Virus record (IMG/VR): IMGVR_UViG_3300010371_000030
Location: 1-64,000 of that record
Direction: 5' to 3' (one strand)
From: a virus
Length of the DNA stretch: 64,000 nt
This document shows, one piece after another, positions 9,870 through 18,267 of this stretch. Every line of letters begins with the position of its first letter. Position 1 is the stretch's first letter. Both the position numbers and the translations under genes were made by a program. The notes under the pieces were generated by a model, which saw only the letters and a list, made by a program, of their open reading frames with translations, made no database searches and was not told where the DNA came from.

Positions 9870-11495
9870 CTACTTCTTGGCGACGATGGCGGGCTTGGCG
9901 GCGGGCTTGGCAGGAACGGCCGGCTTGGCCGCGGCAGGCTTCGCGGCGACGGGAGCGGGCTTCGCCGGAGCCGGGGCGGGCGTCGCCGCCGCCGCGGGCT
10001 TCGCCGCCGCGACGGCCGGCTTGGCGGCTGCCTTGGGCGGAGCGGTCATGCCCTTGAGCTCCGCCTCCAGCTCTTCCAGGCCCAGATCTTCGTCGGCCGG
10101 AGGCGCGGCCGGCTTGGCCGCGGGCTTGGCAGCCGCGGCTGCTGCCGGCTTCGCGGCGGGCGTCGCCTTGGCGGCGACGGCCGGCTTGGCAGGAGCAGGC
10201 GCCGGCTTGGCAGCGGCCGGCTTCGCCGGAGCCGGGGCGGGCTTCGGCGCGGGCTTGGCGGACGCCACCGCCTTCTTGGGCGGAGGGGGCGGAGGCTCCT
10301 CGGGCTCCTCGGCCACCTCTTCCTCCGCTTCTGCTTCTGCCTCCACCTCGGCCGTCTCCTCGGCCACCTCTTCCTCCGCCTCCGCGGGCTCCTCGGGCGT
10401 CTCCTCGGCTGCCTCTTCCTCCGCGGCGGCTTCCTCCGCCTCGGGCTCCGCCTCGGCCGCCGCCTGCTCGGCCAAGTAGATGGCCACGGGGCAGTCTTCC
10501 ACGCAATCCTCGCCACCCGCCTCGATGCACTCCTGGGAGTGCTCGATGGTCTCCTGCTCCGCCTCCGCCTCGGCCGGCTCCTCGGACTCGCCAGCTGCCT
10601 CTGCCTCCAGCTCTGCTTCGTCGTCGGGCACCACTTCCTCGGGCTCGGGCGCCGGGGCAGCGCGCTTGGGGGCGGGCTTCGCCGCCGCCGTGCGCTTGGC
10701 CGGAGCCGGCGCGTCATCGTCGAATTCGGCCGCGTCACCGGACACCGCCGCTCCGGAGAGCAGGGCCTCCACCTCTGCGGGCGTCTTGAGGAAGTTGCCG
10801 ACGATGCGCCACAGGTCACAGTCGCCGCCCACCTTCATCGCGTCGGCCAGCTTGGCGCGCAGGCCCTTCGACAGCACCATCGCCTTCTTGGCCGTCTCGG
10901 TGTGTACCTTGCCTTCGTACTTGGTGTTGCGGTCCTTGCCGGACTTGATGAGGCGGACCAGGATCGCCGCGTTCGGGTCCGTGATGTCGCCGTAGTCGAA
11001 GAACACGCCGGTGATGCCGTCGTACACCTGCTTGCCGCCGAAGTACACGCCCGGCTTCGGATTGGCCTCCATGCTCCAGAGAGACTTGGAATCCTTCCGG
11101 AAGCCCAGGACGGTCATGCCGAACATGAAGCGCGTCTGCGGGCGCATGTCGTCGATCTCGTCGTCCGTCAGCGTGCCGGAGGCCAGCGCCTCCGCCATCG
11201 GGCACACTTCGGGGATGCGGATCTTCTTGGCCTTGAACGCCTCCTTCAGGAAGGGATGGGCGATGACGGGGTTTTTCTCCTTGTCCAGGGAGACCACCAT
11301 GGACTTGGACTTGCCGACGCCGTAGTGGACGGTCACCGGAATGTACGGCAACCCGGTCGTCGGGGCGAACGTGTCGTTGTCGCGGCACGGCGGGTGGATG
11401 TACACCAGCGTTTCGCCGTTCTCCAGCTGGATGAAGTCACCACCCCTCTGGTGTGACTCCGCATCCTCCCTCATCTTGTTGACATCTACACCCAT
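9870..11495 (-). CDS. Probable single-stranded DNA-binding protein (gp32-like) with acidic and then Pro/Ala/Lys-rich tail
   Basis: N-terminal domain (VCPMAE...DYGDITDP...SGKDRNTKY) resembles phage gp32-like SSBs; sits between the UvsY-like gene and recA. Confidence 0.65.
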   Translation of the reverse strand: MGVDVNKMREDAESHQRGGDFIQLENGETLVYIHPPCRDNDTFAPTTGLPYIPVTVHYGVGKSKSMVVSLDKEKNPVIAHPFLKEAFKAKKIRIPEVCPMAEALASGTLTDDEIDDMRPQTRFMFGMTVLGFRKDSKSLWSMEANPKPGVYFGGKQVYDGITGVFFDYGDITDPNAAILVRLIKSGKDRNTKYEGKVHTETAKKAMVLSKGLRAKLADAMKVGGDCDLWRIVGNFLKTPAEVEALLSGAAVSGDAAEFDDDAPAPAKRTAAAKPAPKRAAPAPEPEEVVPDDEAELEAEAAGESEEPAEAEAEQETIEHSQECIEAGGEDCVEDCPVAIYLAEQAAAEAEPEAEEAAAEEEAAEETPEEPAEAEEEVAEETAEVEAEAEAEEEVAEEPEEPPPPPPKKAVASAKPAPKPAPAPAKPAAAKPAPAPAKPAVAAKATPAAKPAAAAAAKPAAKPAAPPADEDLGLEELEAELKGMTAPPKAAAKPAVAAAKPAAAATPAPAPAKPAPVAAKPAAAKPAVPAKPAAKPAIVAKK

Positions 11496-11506
11496 CGCAT
11501 CCTCCT

Positions 11507-12043
11507 TCAATCGTCCGACATCTTGTGGTGCTTCGCCATCGGCCCTTCCCGACGCGGGCGTGGCTCTGAATCTACGTCACCGGAGCCAGCGCGCGCTGAC
11601 CGAGCCGGCCGGGGCGCTGCTGGCGTGTGGAGTCCAATCGTCTCCACCTCCGAACGCACGTTTGCTCCCTTGGATTGGAGCACATTCGCCTTCTTGGCGA
11701 AGGCATCGAACATGCCGCGAGCGGTGGCGATGTTTCCCTCGCAGCGGGCGATGTCAGCCTTGTGCTTCCTGAACTCGGCATCTCCATCGATGGCCGCCTT
11801 GACGCGCCACTCGGCCAGCGTCGCCGGGAGCCCCCCGACCTTGCGCGAGCGGAACGCCCTGTATGCGGCGTCCACCTCGATGAGCTCACGCTCCGCCTCG
11901 CCCATGACGCTCGCCCACCACGCCATCTGCGAGGCGACTTGAGTCATGTCGTTGCTGATGTCACTGATCACCAAGTCGGCGGTGTTCACCTCGACTTGTG
12001 TCCCCGCGACGACGATGATACGCTTGTTGAAGTCGACAGGCAT
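11507..12043 (-). CDS. UvsY-like recombination mediator (helical)
   Basis: Helical protein (AEWRVKAAIDGD...DAFAKKANVLQSKGANVR); position next to SSB and RecA. Confidence 0.5.
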   Translation of the reverse strand: MPVDFNKRIIVVAGTQVEVNTADLVISDISNDMTQVASQMAWWASVMGEAERELIEVDAAYRAFRSRKVGGLPATLAEWRVKAAIDGDAEFRKHKADIARCEGNIATARGMFDAFAKKANVLQSKGANVRSEVETIGLHTPAAPRPARSARAGSGDVDSEPRPRREGPMAKHHKMSDD

Positions 12044-12045
12044 CG

Positions 12046-12408
12046 TCAGCCCTCCTTGGTCGGCACGGCGGTGGCCTTCTTTCGCGGCGGGCGCTCCAAA
12101 AGGTTCTTGGCCGCCGTGGCTCGTCCCTTCTTGTATGACGCCATGTTCGCCAGCTTCTTTTTGACGAATGGAGCCGGCTTGAACATGATCGACAGCTGGT
12201 CTGAGAACGTCACGGGCTCGCCGCCCTGGATGACAGGACTCTGGACCGTTCGCCCCGGGATACGCTTGACCCTGAAGGAGCCGAAGTTGGGGATGGTGAC
12301 GTGAGTCTCGTTGTCGTCGGCCAAGAGACCGAGGATGGTCGAGAACAGGCTCTTGGCGTCCTTCAGACTGATGTTCGCCTTCTTGGCCAACTCGTTCAAC
12401 CCAGACAT
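12046..12408 (-). CDS. hup: HU/IHF family DNA-binding protein
   Basis: ELAKKANISLKDAK...VTIPNFGSFRVKR...IMFKPA. Confidence 0.9.
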   Translation of the reverse strand: MSGLNELAKKANISLKDAKSLFSTILGLLADDNETHVTIPNFGSFRVKRIPGRTVQSPVIQGGEPVTFSDQLSIMFKPAPFVKKKLANMASYKKGRATAAKNLLERPPRKKATAVPTKEG

Positions 12409-12429
12409 GACTTCCTCCGAGGGAAGGCC

Positions 12430-15400
12430 CTACGCCGTCCCGCCTGCGCCCGATGAAGCGTCCACATCCAACTCGCCGCCATCCAGCACCTCGGCTCTCT
12501 TCAGCCACTCGACGCGACCGCCCGTGTACAGATACGACCATCCCCGCCGCTTGTCCGGCTGTCGCTCCAGTTCCAGCTTCAGGAGCCGCCCAGCCTTGAA
12601 CACGCGCTTGGCATCGACCCACACAGAAGCGAAGATGACCACCTCAATGTACCGAAGGTCGCCGCTGATCATACCGGCATACGCCATCAGACCGCCTTTA
12701 CGGTCGTACTTGAGCTTGACGTTGGTCACCAGTCCACAGAACACACCGCCGCCCTGTGAATGCCAGAACGCCTCGTTGGTGATGCGCAGGTTCGCCTTCC
12801 GCTCGTCGGGCCAAGGGTAGGTTACGGCCGGATGCTGGCCGCTGATCACGCGCTCCCACATCGTCATCGCCTCGCCGGAGCGAACGCGCGTGCGGAAGCC
12901 CTCCATGTCGACCGCGAACTGGACGCGTAGGGTGCCGGTGAAGTTGCTGGCCGTCGCGTGGACGAGAATGGCGGAGCCAACGCCTAGATCGATGATGGGA
13001 CGCAAGTCATCAAAGACATCGATGTCAAACTTGAATCTGTTCTGCTTACCACTCTTGTCTTCGATGTTGACGTTGGCGTACCGGGCGCCCCAGAACTGAC
13101 GCTTGCGCTCCAGCTCGGACGGGAGTTCACCGGTGTGGAAGTCGCCGATCTGGTTGTACTTGACTTCCACGACAACGCCAGCGACGAAACATCCCTTGTT
13201 GTCATAGTCCTTGAAGAAGTTCTCATCGCCCATGTCGGCAAGCTCGACACGCACCTGCTCTTCCATGAAGAGCTTGTAGGCGTCGATGGGGTGGTTGCCG
13301 AAGGCGAGCGGGTTGACCGATGAGGTCACAAACTGTCGCTCCTCATCGGTGTAGTCAGGAACGCTCTGTGCCTCTTCCAGCATCGCATCCAGAGCGTCCA
13401 CGGACTTCTGGCTGCGCGGCTTCGTCAACGTCCCCCAGTATCGCTCCATGTTATCCACGAGCCATCGGATGTTCGGGAACATGTCATCGAGTGCGCCTGC
13501 CTTGGCGAGCGCCGCGACGGCACCCCGGTTGCACTGACGTCGATCAACCCTGTCCGCAAAGTCGACGATGTCCGTGTACGGCTGCGCGGCGATGACCGCG
13601 GCTGCTGCCTTCTCGCCCACACCCTTGATGTCGACCAGCGAACCGCGAATGGCTCCAAGCCCGTCATCGATGCTGAACTGCTGATTGGACACCGAGACGT
13701 GCGGAGGGAGGAGCGGGATGCCATGGCGTTTGGCGTCCTTGGCGATCTGCTGGACGCGAATGCGGTCTGGCTCGTTACGCATCAACGCCCAGTAAAACTC
13801 CAACGGATAGTACACCTTGAGCCACATACACCAGTAGGCGATCATCCCATAGGCCGTAGCGTGGGACTTGTTGAAGCCGTACGACCCAAAGAAGGTGATG
13901 GCATCCATGATACGGTTCGCCACGTCCTTGGTCATCCCGGGCGTATGCTTGAGCGCCCCCTCCACGAAGGCTTCGCGCTCCCGTCCCAGCGTCTCGTCGC
14001 CGATCTTCTTGGCGATGGTCTTGCGCAGAGAGTCGGCGGTGCCCGGGGCGAAGCCCGCGATCTCAGTGAAGATGCGGATGACGTGTTCTTGGTACACGAG
14101 GATGCCGAGCGTATCCTTGGTGATCTCGGACACCATCGGATGGAAGTCGACCTTGGCCACCAGCGCTGGATTCTTCTTGCGCTCCACGTACTTGGTCGCC
14201 AGGCCGGAGCGCGACGTGCCCGGCCGGTTGAGAGCCGTCATCGCGGCGACGTCCTCAAACGTGTCGAAGTTGACGCCCATACACACCTTGTCGGCACTGG
14301 GCGTGTCGTACTGGAAGATGCCGCCGTAATCATGTGCCGTGAACGCTCCCAACACCCTCTGGTCTTGGAGGTCCACGTCCGCCACGCTCTCCATGTCGAT
14401 GACGCGGCCGTGTCGCTCCTCAATCGCCGTCAGGGCGTCGTGGATGACAGAGAGCGTTCGGAGCCCGAGGATGTCGAACTTGACGAGACCCACGGCGGCG
14501 ACTGCATACATGTCCGTAGCAGACACCACGACGTCGGCGCCATCGTGCTTCCGGACTTCCAGGGGGATGACGTCGGTGAGCGGCACCGACGAAGCGATGA
14601 CGCCGGCTGCGTGGATGCCCAGATTCTTGGCCATGCCCTCCAGGTGCTGAGCGTGATACAGCACCTTGGGATAGTCCTCATTGAACTTCTTACAGACATC
14701 GAAGTCCTTGAAGGAGTCCACGATGGTCTGGCTCGCTCGCTCGTCGCCGCTAGACCGCTCGATGATCGAGCTAGTCACTTGTCGCACCCTCATGAGCGGG
14801 ACGTCAAGCACCCGGGAGACGTCGATGAGACACTGCTTGCCGCTGAGCTTGCCGATGGTCGCGATCTGGCACACCTTGTCATCGCCATACGTCCGTCGGA
14901 TGTACTCGATGATCTCGTGTCGACGTCTGTCTTCAAAGTCCATATCGCAGTCGGGCATGTCGATGCGATGGGGGTTGATGAAGCGCTCAAAGATGAGCCC
15001 GTGCTCGATGGGGTCGATGGCCGTGATGCCGAGGAGATACGCCACGAGCGAGCCGGCCACAGAGCCTCGCCCCGGCCCCAGGACGTGACGCTGCTCCCGA
15101 GCGAAGGCGTAGATGTCGCGCACAATCAGGAAGTAGTTGACGAAGCCCTGGCGCTTGAGAGCGCCCATCTCGTGCTTCAGGCGCGCCGTGTAGCGCTGGG
15201 TGGCCTCGTTCATGTCGATGCCTTCGCGCGCAGCGTATGCGGCGACGCGTTGGGGCATATCACGCCATGCCCACCCCGTCAGACATAGATGCTTCAGATA
15301 CGCAAACGTGTCGTGGCCAAACGACTCCGGGATGCCCGGCTCCGGGAGAAGCGCCTTGCGCCAGTCCACGACCACCTTGGCCGTACATTGATCTGCGAAG

Positions 15401-16323
15401 GCGAGCGTGTTGTCCAGCGCCTTCTTGACGAGGTGGGAGGGCATGAACTCGTGGTGACGCGCGAAGGCTTCCGCCATCTCCTTGCGCCGCCTGAAGTGGA
15501 ACTCATTGCCATCGAACTTGAACCTGTTCGGGTCGTCCAAATTCGAGCCTGTACCAATACACAATAGAATCTCGTGGTGCTCCCAATCGGACTGCTCGAT
15601 ATAATGCGCATCCTGCGTGGCCAGGAGTCGGTCGGTGCCTCCGTAGCGTTCCGCGAGCTTGAGCATCAGGGCGTTGGCAACGCGTTGATCCGCGATGGCG
15701 TGAGGTTGAACCTCAAACCACAGGCGGTCTGCGAAGATGCCGTGAAGCCGGTCTGCGTACTCCAGCGCCTGGCGCCGCTTGCCGGCATTCCAGCTGTCGT
15801 TGACCGGACTCGACAGGCACCCCGTCGAGATCATCACGCCTTCGCTGTACTTCTCCAGCTCGTTGACGTCGATGCGAGGCTTGTAGTAGAAGCCCTCCAT
15901 GAAAGCGGCCGACGACAGCTTGTACAGATTCCGAAGCCCGACGTCATCCCGGGCCCACGCGCAGATGTGCCACCGATCGCGGATGCCCATCCGCTCCTCG
16001 TGGTTCTTGATCGCATCCTTGCACTCTGCCTTCTTGAGCCCCTTGGTGACCTCTGCCTTCTCTTCGTCCGTAAGCCCACGTCGGCGCATGTCCGGAGACA
16101 CGTAGAATTCGATGCCGTAGATGGGCTTGATCCCGTGCTCCTCGGTCGCCTCGTGGAGCTTCATGTAGCCACGCATCGTACCGTGGTCGGTGATGGCGAT
16201 AGCGCGATGGCCGCGCTCCTTGGCCGCCTTGACATAGCCTCCGATGGTCCCGCAACCATCGAGCTGGCTCATGTCGCTGTGTGTGTGTAGCGTTACAAAG
16301 TCATCGACTTCAGCCACGGCCAC
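12430..16323 (-). CDS. dnaE: DNA polymerase III alpha subunit (family C)
   Basis: PHP domain (LHTHS, AITDHG, YYKPRID), GPGRGSVAGSL, MPDCDMDF, HAAGV, KFDILGL and YGFNKSHA. Confidence 0.97.
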   Translation of the reverse strand: MAVAEVDDFVTLHTHSDMSQLDGCGTIGGYVKAAKERGHRAIAITDHGTMRGYMKLHEATEEHGIKPIYGIEFYVSPDMRRRGLTDEEKAEVTKGLKKAECKDAIKNHEERMGIRDRWHICAWARDDVGLRNLYKLSSAAFMEGFYYKPRIDVNELEKYSEGVMISTGCLSSPVNDSWNAGKRRQALEYADRLHGIFADRLWFEVQPHAIADQRVANALMLKLAERYGGTDRLLATQDAHYIEQSDWEHHEILLCIGTGSNLDDPNRFKFDGNEFHFRRRKEMAEAFARHHEFMPSHLVKKALDNTLAFADQCTAKVVVDWRKALLPEPGIPESFGHDTFAYLKHLCLTGWAWRDMPQRVAAYAAREGIDMNEATQRYTARLKHEMGALKRQGFVNYFLIVRDIYAFAREQRHVLGPGRGSVAGSLVAYLLGITAIDPIEHGLIFERFINPHRIDMPDCDMDFEDRRRHEIIEYIRRTYGDDKVCQIATIGKLSGKQCLIDVSRVLDVPLMRVRQVTSSIIERSSGDERASQTIVDSFKDFDVCKKFNEDYPKVLYHAQHLEGMAKNLGIHAAGVIASSVPLTDVIPLEVRKHDGADVVVSATDMYAVAAVGLVKFDILGLRTLSVIHDALTAIEERHGRVIDMESVADVDLQDQRVLGAFTAHDYGGIFQYDTPSADKVCMGVNFDTFEDVAAMTALNRPGTSRSGLATKYVERKKNPALVAKVDFHPMVSEITKDTLGILVYQEHVIRIFTEIAGFAPGTADSLRKTIAKKIGDETLGREREAFVEGALKHTPGMTKDVANRIMDAITFFGSYGFNKSHATAYGMIAYWCMWLKVYYPLEFYWALMRNEPDRIRVQQIAKDAKRHGIPLLPPHVSVSNQQFSIDDGLGAIRGSLVDIKGVGEKAAAAVIAAQPYTDIVDFADRVDRRQCNRGAVAALAKAGALDDMFPNIRWLVDNMERYWGTLTKPRSQKSVDALDAMLEEAQSVPDYTDEERQFVTSSVNPLAFGNHPIDAYKLFMEEQVRVELADMGDENFFKDYDNKGCFVAGVVVEVKYNQIGDFHTGELPSELERKRQFWGARYANVNIEDKSGKQNRFKFDIDVFDDLRPIIDLGVGSAILVHATASNFTGTLRVQFAVDMEGFRTRVRSGEAMTMWERVISGQHPAVTYPWPDERKANLRITNEAFWHSQGGGVFCGLVTNVKLKYDRKGGLMAYAGMISGDLRYIEVVIFASVWVDAKRVFKAGRLLKLELERQPDKRRGWSYLYTGGRVEWLKRAEVLDGGELDVDASSGAGGTA

Positions 16324-17161
16324 GCCTCGCCTTCAGCGCCTCTACATTGGCACGAACGTACTTGACTACATCGATCAGATCTTTGGGCCAGTCGCCGCCC
16401 GACTTGGACATCCAATCCAGGTAGCCGCCATCTTCCAGAACGATGTCGCTCAGCGACTTGCCCTTGTGCTTGCCGACGTTCATCACGGCGTCGGTGCCAT
16501 CCACAGACAGCGTATACCGCTTGTCCTTGGGGAACACAATCGTCGTGGGTGGAAGCGGCGCCGGGGGAGGGCCGAGGGGAACACCTCGGGACACGGCGGC
16601 AGCCTTGATAGCGTCTCGCTTGATCCTTGTGCGATCCTTCGACATAGCGCCGAGATCCACCCCGCCCGGCCGAGGCGAGTCAGGCGAGCGCGACGTGGGC
16701 GGCGGCACTTCCTCGCTGGCCTCGCTGGCGAACAAGGCAGACATCTCTTCATCGGACATCTCGCGCGACGGCAACGAAACCTTGGCAACTGCGACCAGGC
16801 CAATCTTCACAGCCGCGGCCTTGATCCGATTCACAGCCACCGGCACTTGCAGCGACGCTCGTTGCTTCGCCACGTCCACGCTCGGCTTGAATGGATGTGC
16901 GTACTTGACCGCATCTTCCAGCGCGGCGCTCACCTCGGGTCGCACGCTCCAGTCGCGCCCGCAGTAGGTGACGCAGCCTCTTAGGGTATGTTTGTTTGCG
17001 CTGCCCAGTTGCTCCGTTACACCGTCGAGAATGACAGTCATAACGGCGTGTCTGTAGAATGATTCCAGAGAATCGACGGACACGCCCGAAGGCGATTCGG
17101 GCTCGGACACAGATGCCGCTCCGGGCGCGAAGCGGCGGCGCATCTCTTCCAAGGAGGGCAT
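16310..17161 (-). CDS. Hypothetical protein with C-terminal small domain (GKHKGKSLSDI...GYLDWM; exonuclease X C-terminal/DUF3820-like)
   Basis: 283-aa ORF overlapping the dnaE start; C-terminal motif recognised by eye. Confidence 0.7.
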   Translation of the reverse strand: MPSLEEMRRRFAPGAASVSEPESPSGVSVDSLESFYRHAVMTVILDGVTEQLGSANKHTLRGCVTYCGRDWSVRPEVSAALEDAVKYAHPFKPSVDVAKQRASLQVPVAVNRIKAAAVKIGLVAVAKVSLPSREMSDEEMSALFASEASEEVPPPTSRSPDSPRPGGVDLGAMSKDRTRIKRDAIKAAAVSRGVPLGPPPAPLPPTTIVFPKDKRYTLSVDGTDAVMNVGKHKGKSLSDIVLEDGGYLDWMSKSGGDWPKDLIDVVKYVRANVEALKARRGRG

Positions 17162-17174
17162 CTGTGTCCGAGCC
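17100..17174. repeat. Perfect 18-bp inverted repeat (GGCTCGGACACAGATGCC) with a 39-nt spacer
   Basis: Arms at 17100..17117 and 17157..17174; the right arm contains the ATG of 16310..17161. Confidence 0.9.
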
Positions 17175-17183
17175 TCGGTGCTG

Positions 17184-18248
17184 CTACTGGATCACGCGGA
17201 GGCGACGCCCGCTCCACGGGTCACGACCCCAGAACAGCTTCCGCTTGTCGGCGTGCTCGCCCATCGCACGCGCCGTCGCCTGGTTGTCGGCGAGTGTGCG
17301 TTGCTCGGGCGTGGCCTCGTGCGTGTAGTGGAGAGAGCACGGCGGCAGCTTGTCCTCGCCCGTGTAGCGGCGCCTGTTCTCCTCCATGAAACGGCACCCC
17401 ACCCACTCGGTCGGAGGCGTCGCCGTCGTGCCGTCGTACAAGCTCGGCGGGCCCTCCTTGCCCGACAGGCACGGAGGCGTCACCAGCGAGCTGAACACGG
17501 GATCCACCTTCTCCACCAGCTCCGCGATCATCCCCTCGATGATCGGCCCCCAGATGCCGAGCTGAAGAATCCAGCACCCACGCTCGCCCACGATGTGGCG
17601 GAGAGACTGGATGTTGAGGCTCCAGCTCATGCGGTGCTGCATCGCGATGGGGATCAGCTCGCGCGCATCCTCCATCGGGATGCCTTCCGCCACCATCTCG
17701 TTGTAGAGCGCCTCGGTCACCTCCATGTGGTGCGTCCACTTGGAAAGCAGCTCCGCCATCTTGGGGTGCTCCAGAATCGACTGCGGCACCCGATAGGCGT
17801 TGTCGCGCGCGAACGTGCCCATGTCCAAGATACGCGCCGACTGCGACCAGAAGCTGGACGTGGCCCGGTCCGGGATGATGTCGATGACCGTGTCGGCTCC
17901 GGAGCGCTCCGGCGAAGGCGAGACGCCGATGCGATGTCTCACCGCGTGCTCACGCCAGCTGACGCTGATGTTCTCGAACATGAACACGAAGTTGACGTGC
18001 TCGCCGATGGGGATGCCCTGGCGGATGACGGCCAGGAAGAGCTTGCGCACTTCGTCGGGGTGTACTTCGGCCTTGATCTGCTGCGGCGTACGCAGCGGCT
18101 TGTCCGTCTTGGACGCCTCCCAGATGGCGTACACCACCTCCATCGGGTCGCTGGTCCACGACATCAACGTGACCTTGGGCGTCTTGATCACGGGCTCCGG
18201 CTGTTCGTTGCTATCGAACACCACGGGCTTCTTCACTCTATCCGACAT
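17184..18248 (-). CDS. thyX: ThyX-like flavin-dependent thymidylate synthase homologue (divergent)
   Basis: EHVNFVFMFENISVSWREHAVRHR...SFWSQSAR, EDARELIP and NIQSLRHIVGERGC. Confidence 0.8.
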   Translation of the reverse strand: MSDRVKKPVVFDSNEQPEPVIKTPKVTLMSWTSDPMEVVYAIWEASKTDKPLRTPQQIKAEVHPDEVRKLFLAVIRQGIPIGEHVNFVFMFENISVSWREHAVRHRIGVSPSPERSGADTVIDIIPDRATSSFWSQSARILDMGTFARDNAYRVPQSILEHPKMAELLSKWTHHMEVTEALYNEMVAEGIPMEDARELIPIAMQHRMSWSLNIQSLRHIVGERGCWILQLGIWGPIIEGMIAELVEKVDPVFSSLVTPPCLSGKEGPPSLYDGTTATPPTEWVGCRFMEENRRRYTGEDKLPPCSLHYTHEATPEQRTLADNQATARAMGEHADKRKLFWGRDPWSGRRLRVIQ

Positions 18249-18267
18249 GGCTGATCTCCTTGCTCTG

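Noticed and set aside
9562-11456. Long plus-strand ORFs (e.g. 9603..11456, 13699..15288, 26006..27802, 48090..50576, 54893..57505)
   Set aside because: Antisense shadows of well-supported minus-strand genes, expected in high-GC DNA; no recognisable motifs
12430-16323. Intein or intron in dnaE, dnaB or recA
   Set aside because: The ORFs are continuous and of normal length; no intein splice-junction motifs or LAGLIDADG/HNH signature were seen
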